This document shows positions 1-13,307 of a stretch of DNA of 64,000 bases, in pieces. The notes below the pieces were generated by a model. The model was not told the DNA's origin. It saw only the letters and a list, made by a program, of their open reading frames with translations, and ran no database searches. The position numbers were made by a program, and so were the translations under genes. The stretch covers positions 2,728,001 through 2,792,000 of the forward strand of contig OZ218953.1 in NCBI GenBank assembly GCA_965112735.1. Reading direction: 5' to 3'. The DNA comes from Phaeosaccion multiseriatum (lineage: Eukaryota; Protista; Ochrophyta, other classes). Numbering within the stretch: position 1 is the first letter of the stretch; each line of letters opens with the position of its first letter.

Positions 1-75
1 GGTCGTTCGTCCCGTTTTCTTCCCTTCGTGCCCTGGGCGTCGCTTTACAATACTGAACTGTTGTTCGAAAAACAG

Positions 76-1316
76 GTCCGAGGTGCACAAGCTGAACCAG
101 ATTATTCAGGAGGCCGAGGCGGAGAGGCAGAGGCAGGTGAAGGAGCTCGAGGCCATCACCGGGGAGAAGGGCATCTTAGCCGGGCAGCTCATGCAGCGCA
201 ACGAAGAGCTGCACCGGCTCTATGAGAAGATTAAGGTGCAAGCCTCCAGCCTCCAGCAGGGGGAGGTGCGTTTTCAGTCCCTGTCGGTGGACACCCGCCT
301 GCTCGAGAGGGACATTGGATCGATGGAGGCTGAGCTCATTGCGGCGCAGGGGCAGCTGCACGACGGGGGAGATCTCAAGGGGGCGGCACTCAAGCTGAGC
401 AAGGAGCTGATGCAGGAGAAGGCGCGGGGCAAGGCTCTGTCGGCGGAGCTCGAGAAGCCCATCAATGTGCATCGCTGGAGAGCGCTAGAGAGTAGCGCGC
501 CGGAGTGCTTCGACATGATTAAGAAGATTCAGAGCCTACAAGTGCGTGTGCGAGGTGTGCGTGTGTGTCTGTGCGGGTGTGCGTGTGTGTGTGCGTGCAT
601 GTGCCTGGGCGTGTGCAAGCGTGTGCGAGCGCGTTGGTGATACTCTTCACTGGAGTCGAGTGTTTCGGCTCTGTTGCTCGCGCACCGCTTTCTGACTGAT
701 ATCGCTGTCGTATGCCCCCGTGTCCCTCCTCCCCCCTCCCTCCAGACCCGGCTGATTAGCAAGACGGCGATGGTGACCAAGAAGGACCTGCTCATCCAAG
801 AGAAGGAGCGCCTCTACGTGGAGCTCAAGAACATTCTGGGGAGGCAGCCTGGCCCAGAGGTGCGATGATTGGTGTGAAGGACTGAAGGCAGGCATGTCTC
901 TGGTGATGAAGAGTTGACCCGTTGATGCTATGGTAGGAAGGACCCCAACTCACCGACCAACTGAAACGCCTTCCCTTCCCCCGCCTCTGCTCGGCGCTCT
1001 CCTTCTCTCTCTCTCTCTCTCCGTCTTTGCTTGATTACGTACATCCTGCCCTTCTCCCTCCCCCACACAACAGGTGGCGGAGCAGCTGCTGCTGTACCAG
1101 GACAACCTCAAGGAGAAGGTGAAGCAAATGGCGGCGATGGAGGAGGAGCTCGACATGTATCGCCAACAGGTGCAGCTCTTCAAGGAGGACATTGACACGT
1201 GCGGCAGGCGTGTACAGGGCATAAAGGCCGAGTGGCTGCACAAGATGTGGAAGACGCACTTTCGGCCGCCGGAAGAAGGGGGGGGCGAGGGAGCGGGCGC
1301 AGGCGCAGGCGCGTGA
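76..1316 (+). CDS. CFAP58: Cilia- and flagella-associated protein 58 (CCDC147), 3' part; exons ~76-541, 746-859, 1074-1316
   Basis: The spliced translation has recognisable CFAP58 C-terminal motifs: KLNQIIQEAE, QLMQRNEELHRLYEKIK, ELEKPINVHRWRALE, KERLYVELKNILGRQPGPE and VAEQLLLYQ. GT-AG borders keep the frame. Confidence 0.88.
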
Positions 1317-1498
1317 GACTTGAGGGCAGGAGGGGCGACACAGGCACCGTAGATTAAGACATACAGTACAAAAAAAGAAGAGAAAGGGGAAGAATTATAC
1401 ACCTCCTTCCCTCTGTCTCTCTTCTCTCTCTGCCTCTCTCTCTCTCTCTCCCCTCTGTGTGGGTACTCTCCTCTCTCGACGCCTCTCGACACCTCTCT

Positions 1499-1927
1499 CT
1501 ATTTGTTGGGCGGGTCCTGCTCCTCCTCCCCCTTGAGATCGAAGTCTGCCTTCATGTCTGCCAGGAGCTTCTGCATGCGCCCCCGGCTGGCAAAGTCGTC
1601 AAACTCCGCCTGCTGCATTTGCTCCAAGTCCACCAGCTCCACCACCTTCTCCCAGGGATTGAGCGAGCTTTGCACCGTGCCTAAGTGCTCCCGGAACTGC
1701 TCCTCTGCCTCTCTATTCTTCGACTGCCTCGACGCCAGCTCGTCCGTCTTTCGGTCGTAGAAGCCGTCGAGCTCGGCTTCGGCTTTTTTTCGAGTGTCCT
1801 CTTTTATTTGCGCTTCCCGTAGCCTCCTCTCCTCTCTACGCTCTTCGATCTCGGCGTTTAATCTATTCAATACCTCGTTTTCGGGAGGAGGAAGGACTTC
1901 CTGCTCTGGCTCTGGTAATTCGTACTG

Positions 1928-1973
<46 letters not shown>

Positions 1974-2674
1974 GTTTCGGCCTCGGCGCCTTCTGGCTCT
2001 CCCAGGTCTTGGTACTGGCCACTCGGGGGGTATTGCTGTTGTTGCTGGTCCGAGAAGTCCTCATACTGCTGCTGCTGCTGCTGCTCGTCCCCGTAACCGT
2101 TGCTCATACTGTCTCCTTGTGCGTAGCTTCCCATATCTCCCAAATCGCCGGTCCCTTGGGCATAGCCATCCTGAAGTGGGTGGGTGAGTCGGCGAGGAAG
2201 GAGGGATGGAGGAAGGATAGAGTGAGGGAGTGGGTGAGTGAAGTGATGGGTGAAAGAGAAGGAGAAGAGGGAAAGAGAGAGGAGAAAAGAGAGTGAGTGA
2301 GGTGGAGGGGGGGGGAGGGAGGGAGGAGAGGAGGAGGAGGAGGAGGAGCAGGAGCAGGAGGAGCAGGAGCAGGAGGAGATGGAGGAGGTGGAGGACGAGA
2401 AGGACGAGAAGGAGGAGACCGAGGAGGAGGAGGAGGAGGAGGGGAGGAGGAGGAGGAGGAGGAGGAGGAGGAGGAGGAGGGGAGGAGGAGGAGGAGAGGG
2501 GAGGGGAGGACGTGGGACGAGGAGGAGAGGATAATCAGGAGAGGGGAGACAAGGAACCGAGAGAAATTGGATTTATTGCATTCGTGTGGAGGACCAGGCG
2601 CTGCAGCCCACTCGTGCCCCCTTAAAGAGACTCACATTGCCTCCTACTGCTGCCTCCTCCTCAGTATAATCCAT
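1499..2674 (-). CDS. Clathrin light chain; exons 2636-2674 and 1499-2170
   Basis: Acidic N-terminus, central coiled coil, then AEAELDGFYDRK...KNREAEE, NPWEKVVELVD and RMQKLLADMK, typical of CLC. The first exon MDYTEEEAAVGGN|gtgag splices in phase 0 to cag|GAT GGC. Confidence 0.85.
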
Positions 2675-3358
2675 CCCCCCCTTTCTCCCCTTTCTCTCTC
2701 TCTTTTTTATTGGGAGCGAAAGGAAAAAAGTCCACCCCGGGGGATGAGAAACGTTTGGAGGATCGAATTTGGAGGGGGGGAGCGGAGAGGCGCACAAATA
2801 CGGTCAGCTCCACAGTCAGCAATAGGCCGCGCGAGAGGAGCAGGCCATCACCGCAGTGGAGGTGGAGGCTTAAGTGTGCAGCGACGAGGCCGGGGGGGTA
2901 GGCTGTGGATCCTTTTTCAAGACGTTTGTCACTGCTGGGCCAACAGCTCACAGGATTTCTCTTCTAAGAAATTGGTGGGCTGGAGGCTTCGTGGTGGGCA
3001 CTACGCAGGTGAGGACAAGAGGAAGGGGTGGAGCGTACATGCTGCTGGCTGCACGCAGGACCTGAGTGAGTTTCGCAGGTGGCGCTAGGATGTCGCGTCA
3101 GCGCCTCCCTGATCACTCCTCTCACTTCTCGGGCTGATTGTTCTCGGCAGATACTGCCGCCTCCGCCGGGAAAGTCCCCCTGGTACCATCGCCTGTGAGC
3201 TGCTGCGTGTGTTCCTCCGGTTGTAGTGAGCTTTTACCTCGCTTGGAGAAACGCGAACTCGTTTTTTAACTTCCTCCCCCTTCTCCCCCACCTTGTCGTG
3301 TCACTGCCACAGGGCGTGGACCTGGGTATAGGGTCGGGAGTCACGGCAAGAGGGAAGC

Positions 3359-6300
3359 ATGGCTACCCCTGGTCCAACTCCTTCGCCGGCGGGTGGCTCG
3401 ACGTTTGCCCCTGGTAGGTAGAGCGTGTAGGTAGGGGGAGAAAGAGTGATATAAGGAATAATTTGACGGAGGAAAGCGCCTGCGATTGCACAGAGGCTAA
3501 CACATGTCCTGCCTTCGCTTCCCTGCGCTCTACAGGAGAGGCAACTGAGACACCCACGCCTGAGCTGACTGAGGTGCGTGATCGGCTTCCTCGCTCTATT
3601 CCATGTATTTTGTGCCCATCGTTCCATCCTTGAGCACCTCAGCCGAGGCCTCGTCCAGCAGCACTGTCCTTCCTTCCCTCCTTCCTGTATTTAACTCGAT
3701 GCCCTTGTTTCTGGTGGCTCAGGCACCCGTGGCTACTGAGACACTCCTACCTACACCCGCCCCAGCTGAGGCCTCCATAGCTCCCACCGCAGTGCCCGTT
3801 GCTGGTAAGTGTGCCTCTCTACACGCACAAAGGCAAAGGCAAAGGCTGTTCCTCTTGCTCCTGAGCGAGAGGCAGTTGTGGAGTGGAACCAACCCCGTGC
3901 TGTCCCGTGATTCTCTTTTGTCGTGCGCCTCTTACCAGACCCCACCATTGCACCCGTGCAATCCACTACCGCACCTGTAGAACCAACTGTAGTACCAACT
4001 GTAGTACCAACCCCTGCACCTGTGCAACCAACCTTTGCACCTGTACAACCAACCCCTGCACCAACAGAGCCCACAGAGGCTCCTACTCCGCCTCCGACTG
4101 CGGTACGTAATGCAGTACGTAAATGTAGTGGGCATGGTGCATGGTGCATAGGTTCAATTTTTGCTTTTGCTTCTTTCTTTGTTACGATGAGGATACGAAT
4201 GAGTGGCCCCCGTGGTGATGAGATGGGACGTGGCGAGCTTCTCCTACAACGCCCCTATCGTGCCCGCCCGTGAAAGCGTGCTCTTCTCTCATTTATACTG
4301 GAAGCGTCTTGTACTGGGGCCTACCGTGCCGCCCGACCATCTACCTCTCTAGCCCAACTCTATACCCGTTGCGCCGCATGCTGGGCCATACTGCCCTTCA
4401 GGATAAGACCCGCAGGACTTCACAACCTCCTTCTTGCGCTTGTTGATACCTATCCAACCCTCTTCGTGTGCAGCCACCCACGGTAGCCGAGACCATACCA
4501 CCCACCGCCGAGCCTACACCTGCACCCGTGGCAGCAACACCGGTACCCGTTGGTGAGTGCAAGGTTCCGCCCTGCTCCTGCAGCCCTGCTCCTGCTCCTC
4601 CAGATTCCTGGAGGAGTTTTTACCAACCCAAGTTTCTTTTACTCTGTCTCCCGTGCTTTCTTTCCCCCCACAGAACCACCAACTGCTGCACCGACAATAC
4701 CCCCGACTTTCCCACCGACTGCTTCACCGACTATCCCACCGACTGCTTCACCGACACTTGATCCCACCCCCGCGCCAATAGCGTTGGAGCCCACTCCAGT
4801 ACCGGTCCAACCCACGCCCTCGCCCACAGAGGCACCTCAACCCACTCCAGCACCTTCTCAACCTACCCCGGCACCTTCTCCACCCACCCCCGTCCCTACA
4901 GCAGAGACACTGCCGCCTGTGGCTGAGACACCAGCGCCGGTAGTGGAGACGGATCCACCTGTAGCCGAGACGGATCCGCCTGTAGCCGAGACGGAGCCGC
5001 CTGTAGCTGAGCCAACAAGCCCACCGGTAGCTCCGACACCTGCCCCTGTCGCTGTGACACCAGCGCCGGTGGCTGTGACGGAGCCGCCTGTAGCCGAGGT
5101 CACCGACCCACCCGTAGCTGTGGAGACTCCTGCCCCTGTAGCCGAGGTCACCGATGCACCCGTAGCTGCGGAGACACCAGCGCCGGTAGCCGGTGAGACA
5201 CCTGCCCCTGTCGCGCTGGAGACCCCTGCTCCTGTCGACGCGGAGACCTCTGCTCCTGTCGCTGATGAGACGCCTGCACCGGTAGCTGACGATACCCCTG
5301 CCCCTATCGCTGATGCTACACCTACGCCGGCAGCTGGGGAGACCCCTGCCCCTGCAGCCGAAGAGACCCCTGCCCCTGCAGCGGAGGAGACACCTGCCCC
5401 TGCAGCGGAGGAAACGCCTGCACCCGTCGGTAAGTCCTGTGTTTGGAAGGTACATGGTGCGAATAGAGAGTTGCTACTTTCAGTAGAGTAGCGTTTTGTT
5501 GAGGGCCAACCATTGTTGAACCTACACCTGCCCAACAACAGCACCAACGGCAGCTCCGACTGCGGCTCCGACAACTGCGCGGCCAACGGGAGCGCCAACA
5601 GCAGCCCCTACTTCCCCCCCTAGTCCTCCACCCACCTCCACTCCCACTCCCACTCCCACTCTCTCGCCCACACCATCTACAGTCACCCAGCCCCCTATCG
5701 AGCCACCCAGTACTACCTCTCCCACGTCATCGCCTACCGAACCGCCCACCGAACCCACCCCCGCACCTACCCAACAAATACATGTAGAGCCCACCCCATC
5801 ACCAACCCCCACGCCAACCCAGCAAGCACAAGTAGAACCCACTCCATCTCCAACCGACTCGGAGAACACTCCCTCTCCAACAACGAGTGGGCCATCTGCA
5901 GCACCAACAGCAGCTCCAACTTCATCTCCCACCACCACCGTCCCGTCTAATACCCCCACCCCCGCGCCAACCGAAGTAAAATTGGCGACTGCATCACCCA
6001 CCACCACCGACTCTGAACCACCCACTCTTGCACCAACAGAGGAGACGACGGACGAAACTACAGCTCCGACGGGGGACGAAACTCCAGCTCCGACAGGGGA
6101 CGAAACTGACACAAACACGCCGCGGGTGAGTGAGGGAGGAGATGTAGTGTCGAGGAGGCTCTAGGGCCAGCTTTTCTATTTATACCGCCGACCGCGTATT
6201 CCGCATGAGGCTGTGTTGTGGTTGTTGCCTGTCTGTCATGCGGATTGCGATTTGCCACCGCTCATTACAAAACTGGTAACCAACCCCCTTCCCTTCCCTC

Positions 6301-8023
6301 CACCGCTCTTGTGACGCAGGCGCTTGTGTCCGAGACTGTTGACAACTTGAGCGAAGACGCCGAGTTTGCATTTTTCAACTTTGTAGAGAGTACGTGCACT
6401 GCGGAAGGCATACAGGTGTTTGGCGAGGACAGTGACGGCGGCGCTCGAGTGTTGATTCTCGACGGCTTTGGCGACGCCGACGGTGAATGCGTCGATCCGC
6501 CTGACTTTAGCACGTCCTCAGGGCAGGCATGTGACCAGCTCACGTCGTTTGATTACGAAATCTCGGGTCTGATTTCGTCGCTCGAGTATGACTTCGACTG
6601 CACGGAAGCCTCTGGTGGTGGTGGCGGGGGTGGGGGTGGGGGCTCCAGGCGCCGACTTGTCGTGGAGAACCTCGAGTCGACGAGCTCAAAGTTTGCGGTG
6701 CTGTGCAACAGCGCCGATGAGTTTGTTGCGCTGTCGGACAATGGCCAGAACGAGGACAACGAGGACAGCTTCACCATGATTTACCAGAACGAGCAGAATG
6801 ACGGCTATGGCAGCAACGACAGCGACGAGTTCTGCAAGGGCAGCTTTGCAGGAGCCATGGGGGAGGTGCTGGGCAGCGAGGGAGGGGCAGCGGCCACCCT
6901 AGAGAGGGCCTCCGCACCCACGAGGCCGACCCCGGAGGACACGGGTGGAGGGGGAGGGGGCTTGGACACGACTCTTATTGCCATCATTTGCGCAGTGGGC
7001 GGGGCGTTGCTGCTGTTTTGTTGTTTCTGCTGGAGGCGGCGCAAGTCTCAAAAAGCAGCGGCGGAAGCCGACAGGTACGCCGACGACTACTCTTCGGACT
7101 ATTCTCCCAAGGGGGACGGCACCATGGGCAGCTTTTCGCACACTAATGACATTGGCCCAGGCGGGGTGCCGGTGGTTGTCGCGTCGCTGTCGCACAGTAA
7201 TTCACAGCATGCCCTCCACATGGAGGAAGGCGGGAGTCCCATGCACGGGAAGGGTAAGGTGGTTGCCACCGGAGTCGGTGCCGCTGCTGCTGCTGGCGCT
7301 GCGGCTGGAGCTGCCGCCGCTGCCGCACGGGACGACGACGAGTCTGACGAAAGTAGTATGGAGTCGGACGAGAGCGACGACGACGACGACGGCATGGAGG
7401 AGCAAGGAGGACACGGGGCCGTCCTCTCCCCCAAATCGGCCCGGCGGCAGAAGCTCATTGAGGACCAGCGCAAGGAGCAGGACGAGCGGAGGAAGCACAT
7501 CCAGACGCTGCTCAAGGACCGCAGCGACGCCAAGGGGGGCTTGGCGGAGGAGACGCCCCCACCACCTCCAGCGTCGAACTTCTCGTCCAACCAGTTCTCG
7601 ACCAACTTCTCCTCTGCACCGCCCAGCGCACCATCTGCTGTTGCGCCTCGTGTGTCTGGCGCTGCTGTCGCCGCCGCCGCCTTGGGAACTCCGGCGGGGG
7701 GAGCCCATCCGACCACCAGCAGCGGGCACAACTCTTCCAGCCGCCACCGGCAGTCGGAGAAGGGCGACAGCGGCAGCTATGTCTTTGATGACATGGATGA
7801 TATGAGCTCGGCCGTGTCATCCATGTACTCCCCAGGGGGGCAGTCCTCCTTCACCTCGTACAGCAACAGCAACCTCAAGTTCGGCACGCAGAAGTCGTAC
7901 GATTCGCAGTTCACGGGAGGGTGGGACGCAGAGTCGAGCCGGCCCTCGGAAGGAGTGGGGGACACGCCCAACGTGCTGGACAACGGCAGCAACCCCTTCC
8001 ATTTGCCGGGCAGCGAGTTTTAG
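3359..8023 (+). CDS. Mucin-like Pro/Thr/Ala/Glu-rich type I membrane (cell-surface) glycoprotein, about 8 exons; true 5' end uncertain
   Basis: Many exons of TPAP/ETPAPV/PTAAPT repeats, then a Cys/acidic ectodomain, one TM helix (TTLIAIICAVGGALLLFCCFCW-RRRK) and a disordered cytosolic tail ending NPFHLPGSEF. GT-AG junctions at about 3412/3536, 3573/3724, 3804/3939, 4102/4474, 4552/4673, 5429/5543 and 6125/6320. Confidence 0.75.
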
Positions 8024-8046
8024 GTTGAGTTGAGAGAAAAGTAGTG

Positions 8047-8254
8047 GTATAGAGGAGAGAGTGGTATGTTCTGGGACCAGGCTTTTGTTATTACTTGGCT
8101 TCCCTCCCCTCTGTTCAGTTATAGAGACGGTGATGGATGAAAAAAAAAAGAGGTATAGAGGAGAGAGTGGCATGGACTGGTTCTGGGGCCGGGCTTTTGT
8201 TATTACTTGCTTCCCACCCCCTCCCCCATCTGTTCAGTTATAGAGATGGTGATG
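8047..8254. repeat. Imperfect ~100-bp tandem duplication downstream of the mucin-like gene
   Basis: gtatagaggagagagtgg...ggcttttgttattactt...ctgttcagttatagaga.ggtgatgg occurs at ~8047 and ~8153. Confidence 0.85.
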
Positions 8255-8970
8255 GCGGTTTTGTACTCTCCGGTTTCTGAGTACAGCTTTGTTGGGGGGG
8301 GGGGGGGCACAACTATTTTGACATGAATACATAAAAGAAACAGTAGGATCAGTATTTGTCTTGACATGAATCAACTACTCTGCAAGAGCCGCCATACTTT
8401 TTCTCTTTAGCTCTCGCTCTCTGTCCCCTCCCCTCCCGTCTCTCTCTTGTCTCCGTCTCTCATCTCTCTCTTGTCTGCGTCTCTTCTATCCGCTCCCTCT
8501 GTCTCTCGCTGTCTTGTCACTCTTCTTCTGTCAGCTCTCTCTGTCTCTCCCTGTTCCCCCGACCTTCTCCTCTCTCCCCCTTCCCTTCTCCTCTCCCTCC
8601 CTTTCCCTCTCTCTCTCTCTCTCTCTTCTCTCGGTTGGCACATGGTTCACAACCAGACGATTGTTCTGTGCTGAGGAGGAAGGGTGAGAGCACCGCATCC
8701 CTCCATCGGCCTAGTGATGTACGTGTCGCAGGCGTTCGATACGAGCATACTTTTCATTTGAACAAAGCTGAACTTGCAGAGCACATTGCGGCTTGGCCAA
8801 GCTACACCGCCACGGCCCTGTGCACGAAACAAGCTACTTCTCCTCTCCTCTGCTCCCTACTACTAGTCCCACCTACCTACCCAACCTTCCTTTCTTCCTC
8901 CTACCCATCGACCTACCTATCTACCTACCTATCTACCTACCCATACACTATGTGCCTACGCCTAGCCAAA

Positions 8971-9139
8971 TCAGCCACTGACTATTGTGACTCTGGTCTT
9001 CCCGTCGAGGATGCGCATGGCGTCTTCGTATTCCTTGTTATCGTACACCAGAGCGCCCGTCGCGAGCTCGTCCTCCGGGATGAGCAGGTGCTCGTGTGCA
9101 CCGCGGCCGCTGTTGCTCGGACGGGCCTTCGGAGGCGGC

Positions 9140-9180
<41 letters not shown>

Positions 9181-10069
9181 GGAGGACTTGTAAGACAGCT
9201 GAGGGTGTGGGCACACGTCTGTGGCCTCTCCCGTGGTCACGCTGACCCAGAACCGCACTCCGGCCTGCGAGGTTTGTCTCCACTCGGAGGGGTGGGCCTC
9301 TTCAACTCCGCTCTGCTCAACGGGTCTCAAGTCCGCAGACTGCCTCAGCCGACCCCGCTTCTGGTTCATTTGACTGTTGTGTTGTCGTATGGTCCGAGGT
9401 GGTTGTGGTTGTGGTGGTGGGGGAATGAAATGATGGCGAGGAAGGTCGTGAGGAAACTCCAGCAGCAGCACTCACTCGATGAAAGGACTCACCGCTTTGC
9501 CGTGCTGTGATCGGGGTTGGAGCTCTTCCCCGCGTTATTCTCTCGCTGCTCCATCGTGTATGTGCCCTGCGAACAGACAGTAGAAAGACACGCAACGGTA
9601 AGCAGTCACCAGGGAAGGTGGGTGCCTCCTTTCGCAGGCAAGGCACATGGACTTGACCCCAACTGACACCGAACACTCCGCCCCTTTGCCCTCCTCCTCC
9701 TCCCGGCCTGCTCCCTCCCTCTCTGTCTTCTCTCTCAGGAGTCTCTTGCTCAGCCCCCCCCCCCCCCCCCCCCGTTTCTGCCTTCCTCGTCTTCCCTCTC
9801 GCCCTCCCACCTCTCTCTTGTCTTGCGCTGCCTCATGCATAACTTACGTGTGCTTTGACATTGGCGGCATTCAGTCTAGCCTGCCTTCGCGACATGAACA
9901 AGCCTGGCGGCTTGAGCGTCCTAGTCACCGGGTCCGGAATCGGCCCATTGTAGTTGTGATTCCCCTCGGCGTCATCGACCATGTAAACCATTCTCGACGC
10001 GTAGAACGTGGTGTGTTCATTGACTCGCGAGGGAATGAGGAAGGGATCCGGCGCGTCCTCCCTATTCAT
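8971..10069 (-). CDS. Hypothetical protein (~232 aa) with a WW-like segment; exons 9848-10069, 9493-9566, 8971-9373
   Basis: Three exons join in frame (phase 0, then phase 2) with gtaagt/gtgagt donors and cag acceptors. SEWRQTSQAGVRFWVSVTTGEATDVCP resembles a WW fold. Confidence 0.6.
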
Positions 10070-10722
10070 CGCGTCTGCCGCCTGGAGTCCTTCCCCCTCG
10101 CGGGGCGACTTTACCCACGACGAAAAGACAGGCAATGGAGACAGGCAACATTAGTTGGATGGAGACTGTCAATTCACTCCCTGTTTCTATCCGTCTTTCT
10201 CTTTCCCACTATCCCCCGTTCTCTCTCCTTCTCCTCCCTCCCCCGTTCTCTCTCTCTTGCTCTCTCCGTATCTCTCCTTCCCCATCTCTATATCTCCACC
10301 CCTCTCCCCATCTTCCCCCCTCCCTCTCTCTTTGTGTGGCTCTCTCTTCCTTCCTCTCTTTCTCGCTGATTGACGTACTTTGGTCTAGGTGGAGTGGGAG
10401 GGGAGACAATTAGGCGCTTCAACCTTTTTCATCCTCTCTCTCCCGTCTTTTACGGCCGCATACCCTCCCGACCCTTCAGAATCGCTTCATGCTTTGTTCA
10501 TTGTCCTCTCTCTCGCCCTTGTGCGCCAAGTGTTTATTCACTCAAATCGCTCGCTGCATTCATTTCCAATTGTTCATTTCGACGTTTCGCCAACTTTTAT
10601 TCAAATTTTTATGGCCTTGTCCCAAACATTTTTCCTTCCTGCCTCTGAACGTTCTGGGCACCTGTGGAAGTCGAACGAAACAACCCTTGCCCCTTGCTGG
10701 AAGGAGGAGAAAAAACAACAAG

Positions 10723-13266
10723 ATGGCACCGCCGTTCATAGTGAAGGCGTCCTGCGATGGCGAGGTACGTAAAGGAGGACCTTTTGTCTCTCTCCGCCGC
10801 CCCGTCCGTGGCTTCAACTGCGAGCTCCGCCTTTTCTTGGGTCCTCTCCCTCTCCTCTCTCTTCTCTCTGCTCTCCTCTCCTCTCTCTCCCTTTTTGGAA
10901 GTACCTCACGCTACGAATCCTGAACTTCAGGCTTTTGCGGGATGCTTTAAATCACTCTCAGTTTTTTACAGAGCGGACATTCGCCTCTCTTTTCCCCATG
11001 TTTGAGATCTCACACCTACCCTCACCCGCCCCTCTGTAATGTCTCCCTTCGCCTACAGCTGAGACGCTTGGAGGTGCAGAGCTTCTCCATGACAGCCCTG
11101 CTGCAGAGCATTGGACAGCTCTTTCGTAGGAGACCCGCGGACCTCCGCTTGACGCTCATCGATGCCGACGGCGATGAGCTCACCCTCCGCACCGACGACG
11201 AGCTGGAGACGGCTCTACGCCTCAACGGATCCTCCTCGGTCCCGCCCATGATCCGAATCGGAGTTCGAAGGGACGAGACCCGCCGACCCATATCCTCACC
11301 CCAGCCCCAGAAGGCGGATCCAAAGCCTCAGGCTGCCGCGTGTAAGTCGTCTGGAGGCGAGGCGCAGCCACCGCAGCCGCCGACGTCTGGGCAGACGCCC
11401 AACGACCCTTATCCTCGTTATGATTTCCCCCCCCATTTTCCCTTCGGAGTGGGCTCCAACTTGGAAGACCTTCCCGCCCTGGTGAACGCCTCGGTGACCG
11501 AGGCTGTGGCGGGCGTGCAGGAATTTCTGTCCGGTGCCGGTGTGCCAGCAGCAGCAGCCGCAGCAGGCCCGTCGGGGACGGGAGCAGCGGCAGCATCGTC
11601 CTCCTCCTCCTCTTCGGAGAGGGCCGCCAACCCCATGTCGGACATCGCGGACGCAGTGAATGCCGTCCTTGCCGCGACCACTGCTGCTGCTGCTGCTGCT
11701 GCTGCTGCCACCGAATCTCCTGCCGCCACGCCGGCTGCAGGAGTAGAAGGGAAAGGGGAAGCGGCACCTGCTACTGCTGCTACTCCTACTGAGGAGAGCC
11801 AGGCCCGCTCTGGAACGGAGGCACCTGCCGCACCAGCACAGACGTCGGCAGCACAGGCGGTGCACCCCGGGGTGCAGTGTGACAAGTGTGAGGTATACCC
11901 TATTGTGGGGCCTCGCTTCAAGTGCAGCGTGAGGAGGGACTACGACCTCTGTCAGGTGTGCGAGGAGGCGGAGGGGGACGCCGCGCCCTTCCCGTACCTC
12001 AAGATTCGGACGGCGGACAAGAGGCCACACAGCATTGTGTGCGTGTTGAGAGAGGACTACCCCGCTGCCCCTCCCGAGCAGCAGCCACAGCAGCCACAGC
12101 ATCCACAGCAGACAGAGCAGGCACAGCAGGCACAGCAGCAGCAGCGTCCGCCGCAGCAGTCAGATGGACAGCAACAGCAGCGGCAGCAGCAGCAGCGGCA
12201 GCAGCAGCAGTGGGCGGCGCGCCAGTGGCAGGGGCGCCAGGTGCAGTGGCAGGGCGGGAGGGGAGGGTCCCGGCACGGGTACCACTACGGTTGGGCCAGG
12301 GGCGGGGGGGGCGGGGGGGGCGGGGGGGGCAGGGGGGGCAGGGGGGGGGGCTGGCAGCGCCACGGGCGTCACCACCACGCTACCACCGGCAATGACACCA
12401 ACAGCCACCCCCACAACAGGAATGTTCACCACAGAGATGTTCTTCAGCGTGTAAGGGATGACTTCCTGCGTCGTGTGGAGTCCACGCCTGCAAACGGCCG
12501 CGTCGAGGAGGATGCTGATGGGCTTCCCCGTGCGTCGACCACCGAAGAGAGCGATGAGCTCGAGCGCAAGCTAATCGAAGAGGTGTGCCGTCTGAGCCTG
12601 CTGGACCCCGTGGTCGACGGCTCCTCCTCCGCGGCGGTGACTGCGGGCGTTGGCATGTGCTCCAGCCCCACGGGCTCTAATGCTAGCTTCAGCAGTACGT
12701 CCAGCAGAAGCAGCGGTTCGTCAAGCAGTAGTTCCTCAAGCAGCAGTTCCTCGTCGTCGAGCTCCAGCTCCTCGAGTAGCTCGGGAGGAAGCAGCGTGGC
12801 GAGCATGCCGGGAGGGGGGAGCACGAGGGCGGCAGAAGTGAGCAGCTCCGTTCCCACCACCCTTGAGTCCATGGCCACCTTGACGCACATGCCTATCGGC
12901 ACTCTTACCCGCATTGGTCCGGCGGAGCAGGAGCAGGAGCAGGCACAGGGGCAGCGGCAAGAGCAGGGGCAGGAGCAGGAGGATGTGGCGGCGGCTGTCG
13001 AGGCGGAGGCCGCGGTGGAGGCGGATGTGGAGACGGCTATCGCTGCTGGTGATACTGCTGCTGCAGCTGCATCACCAAGTGCTGCTTCTGTATCACCAAC
13101 TGCTGCTGGGTCTGGCCCCACTAGGCCGGGCATGTGGCCCGTAAATGTGCGCTTCGTGAAGGATGACACTGTGCCAGACGGCACGGGCATCGCCCCCGGC
13201 ACTGTATTCCGCAAGGTGTGGCTCGTGCGCTTCGAGGGGGGCGACAAGAGCAACGGCGGCGGCGGC

Positions 13267-13307
<41 letters not shown>

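Noticed and set aside
4748-6118. Antisense ORFs over the mucin-like gene (GAGVSSA repeats)
   Set aside because: They are shadow frames of the Pro/Thr repeats; the splice signals support the plus strand.
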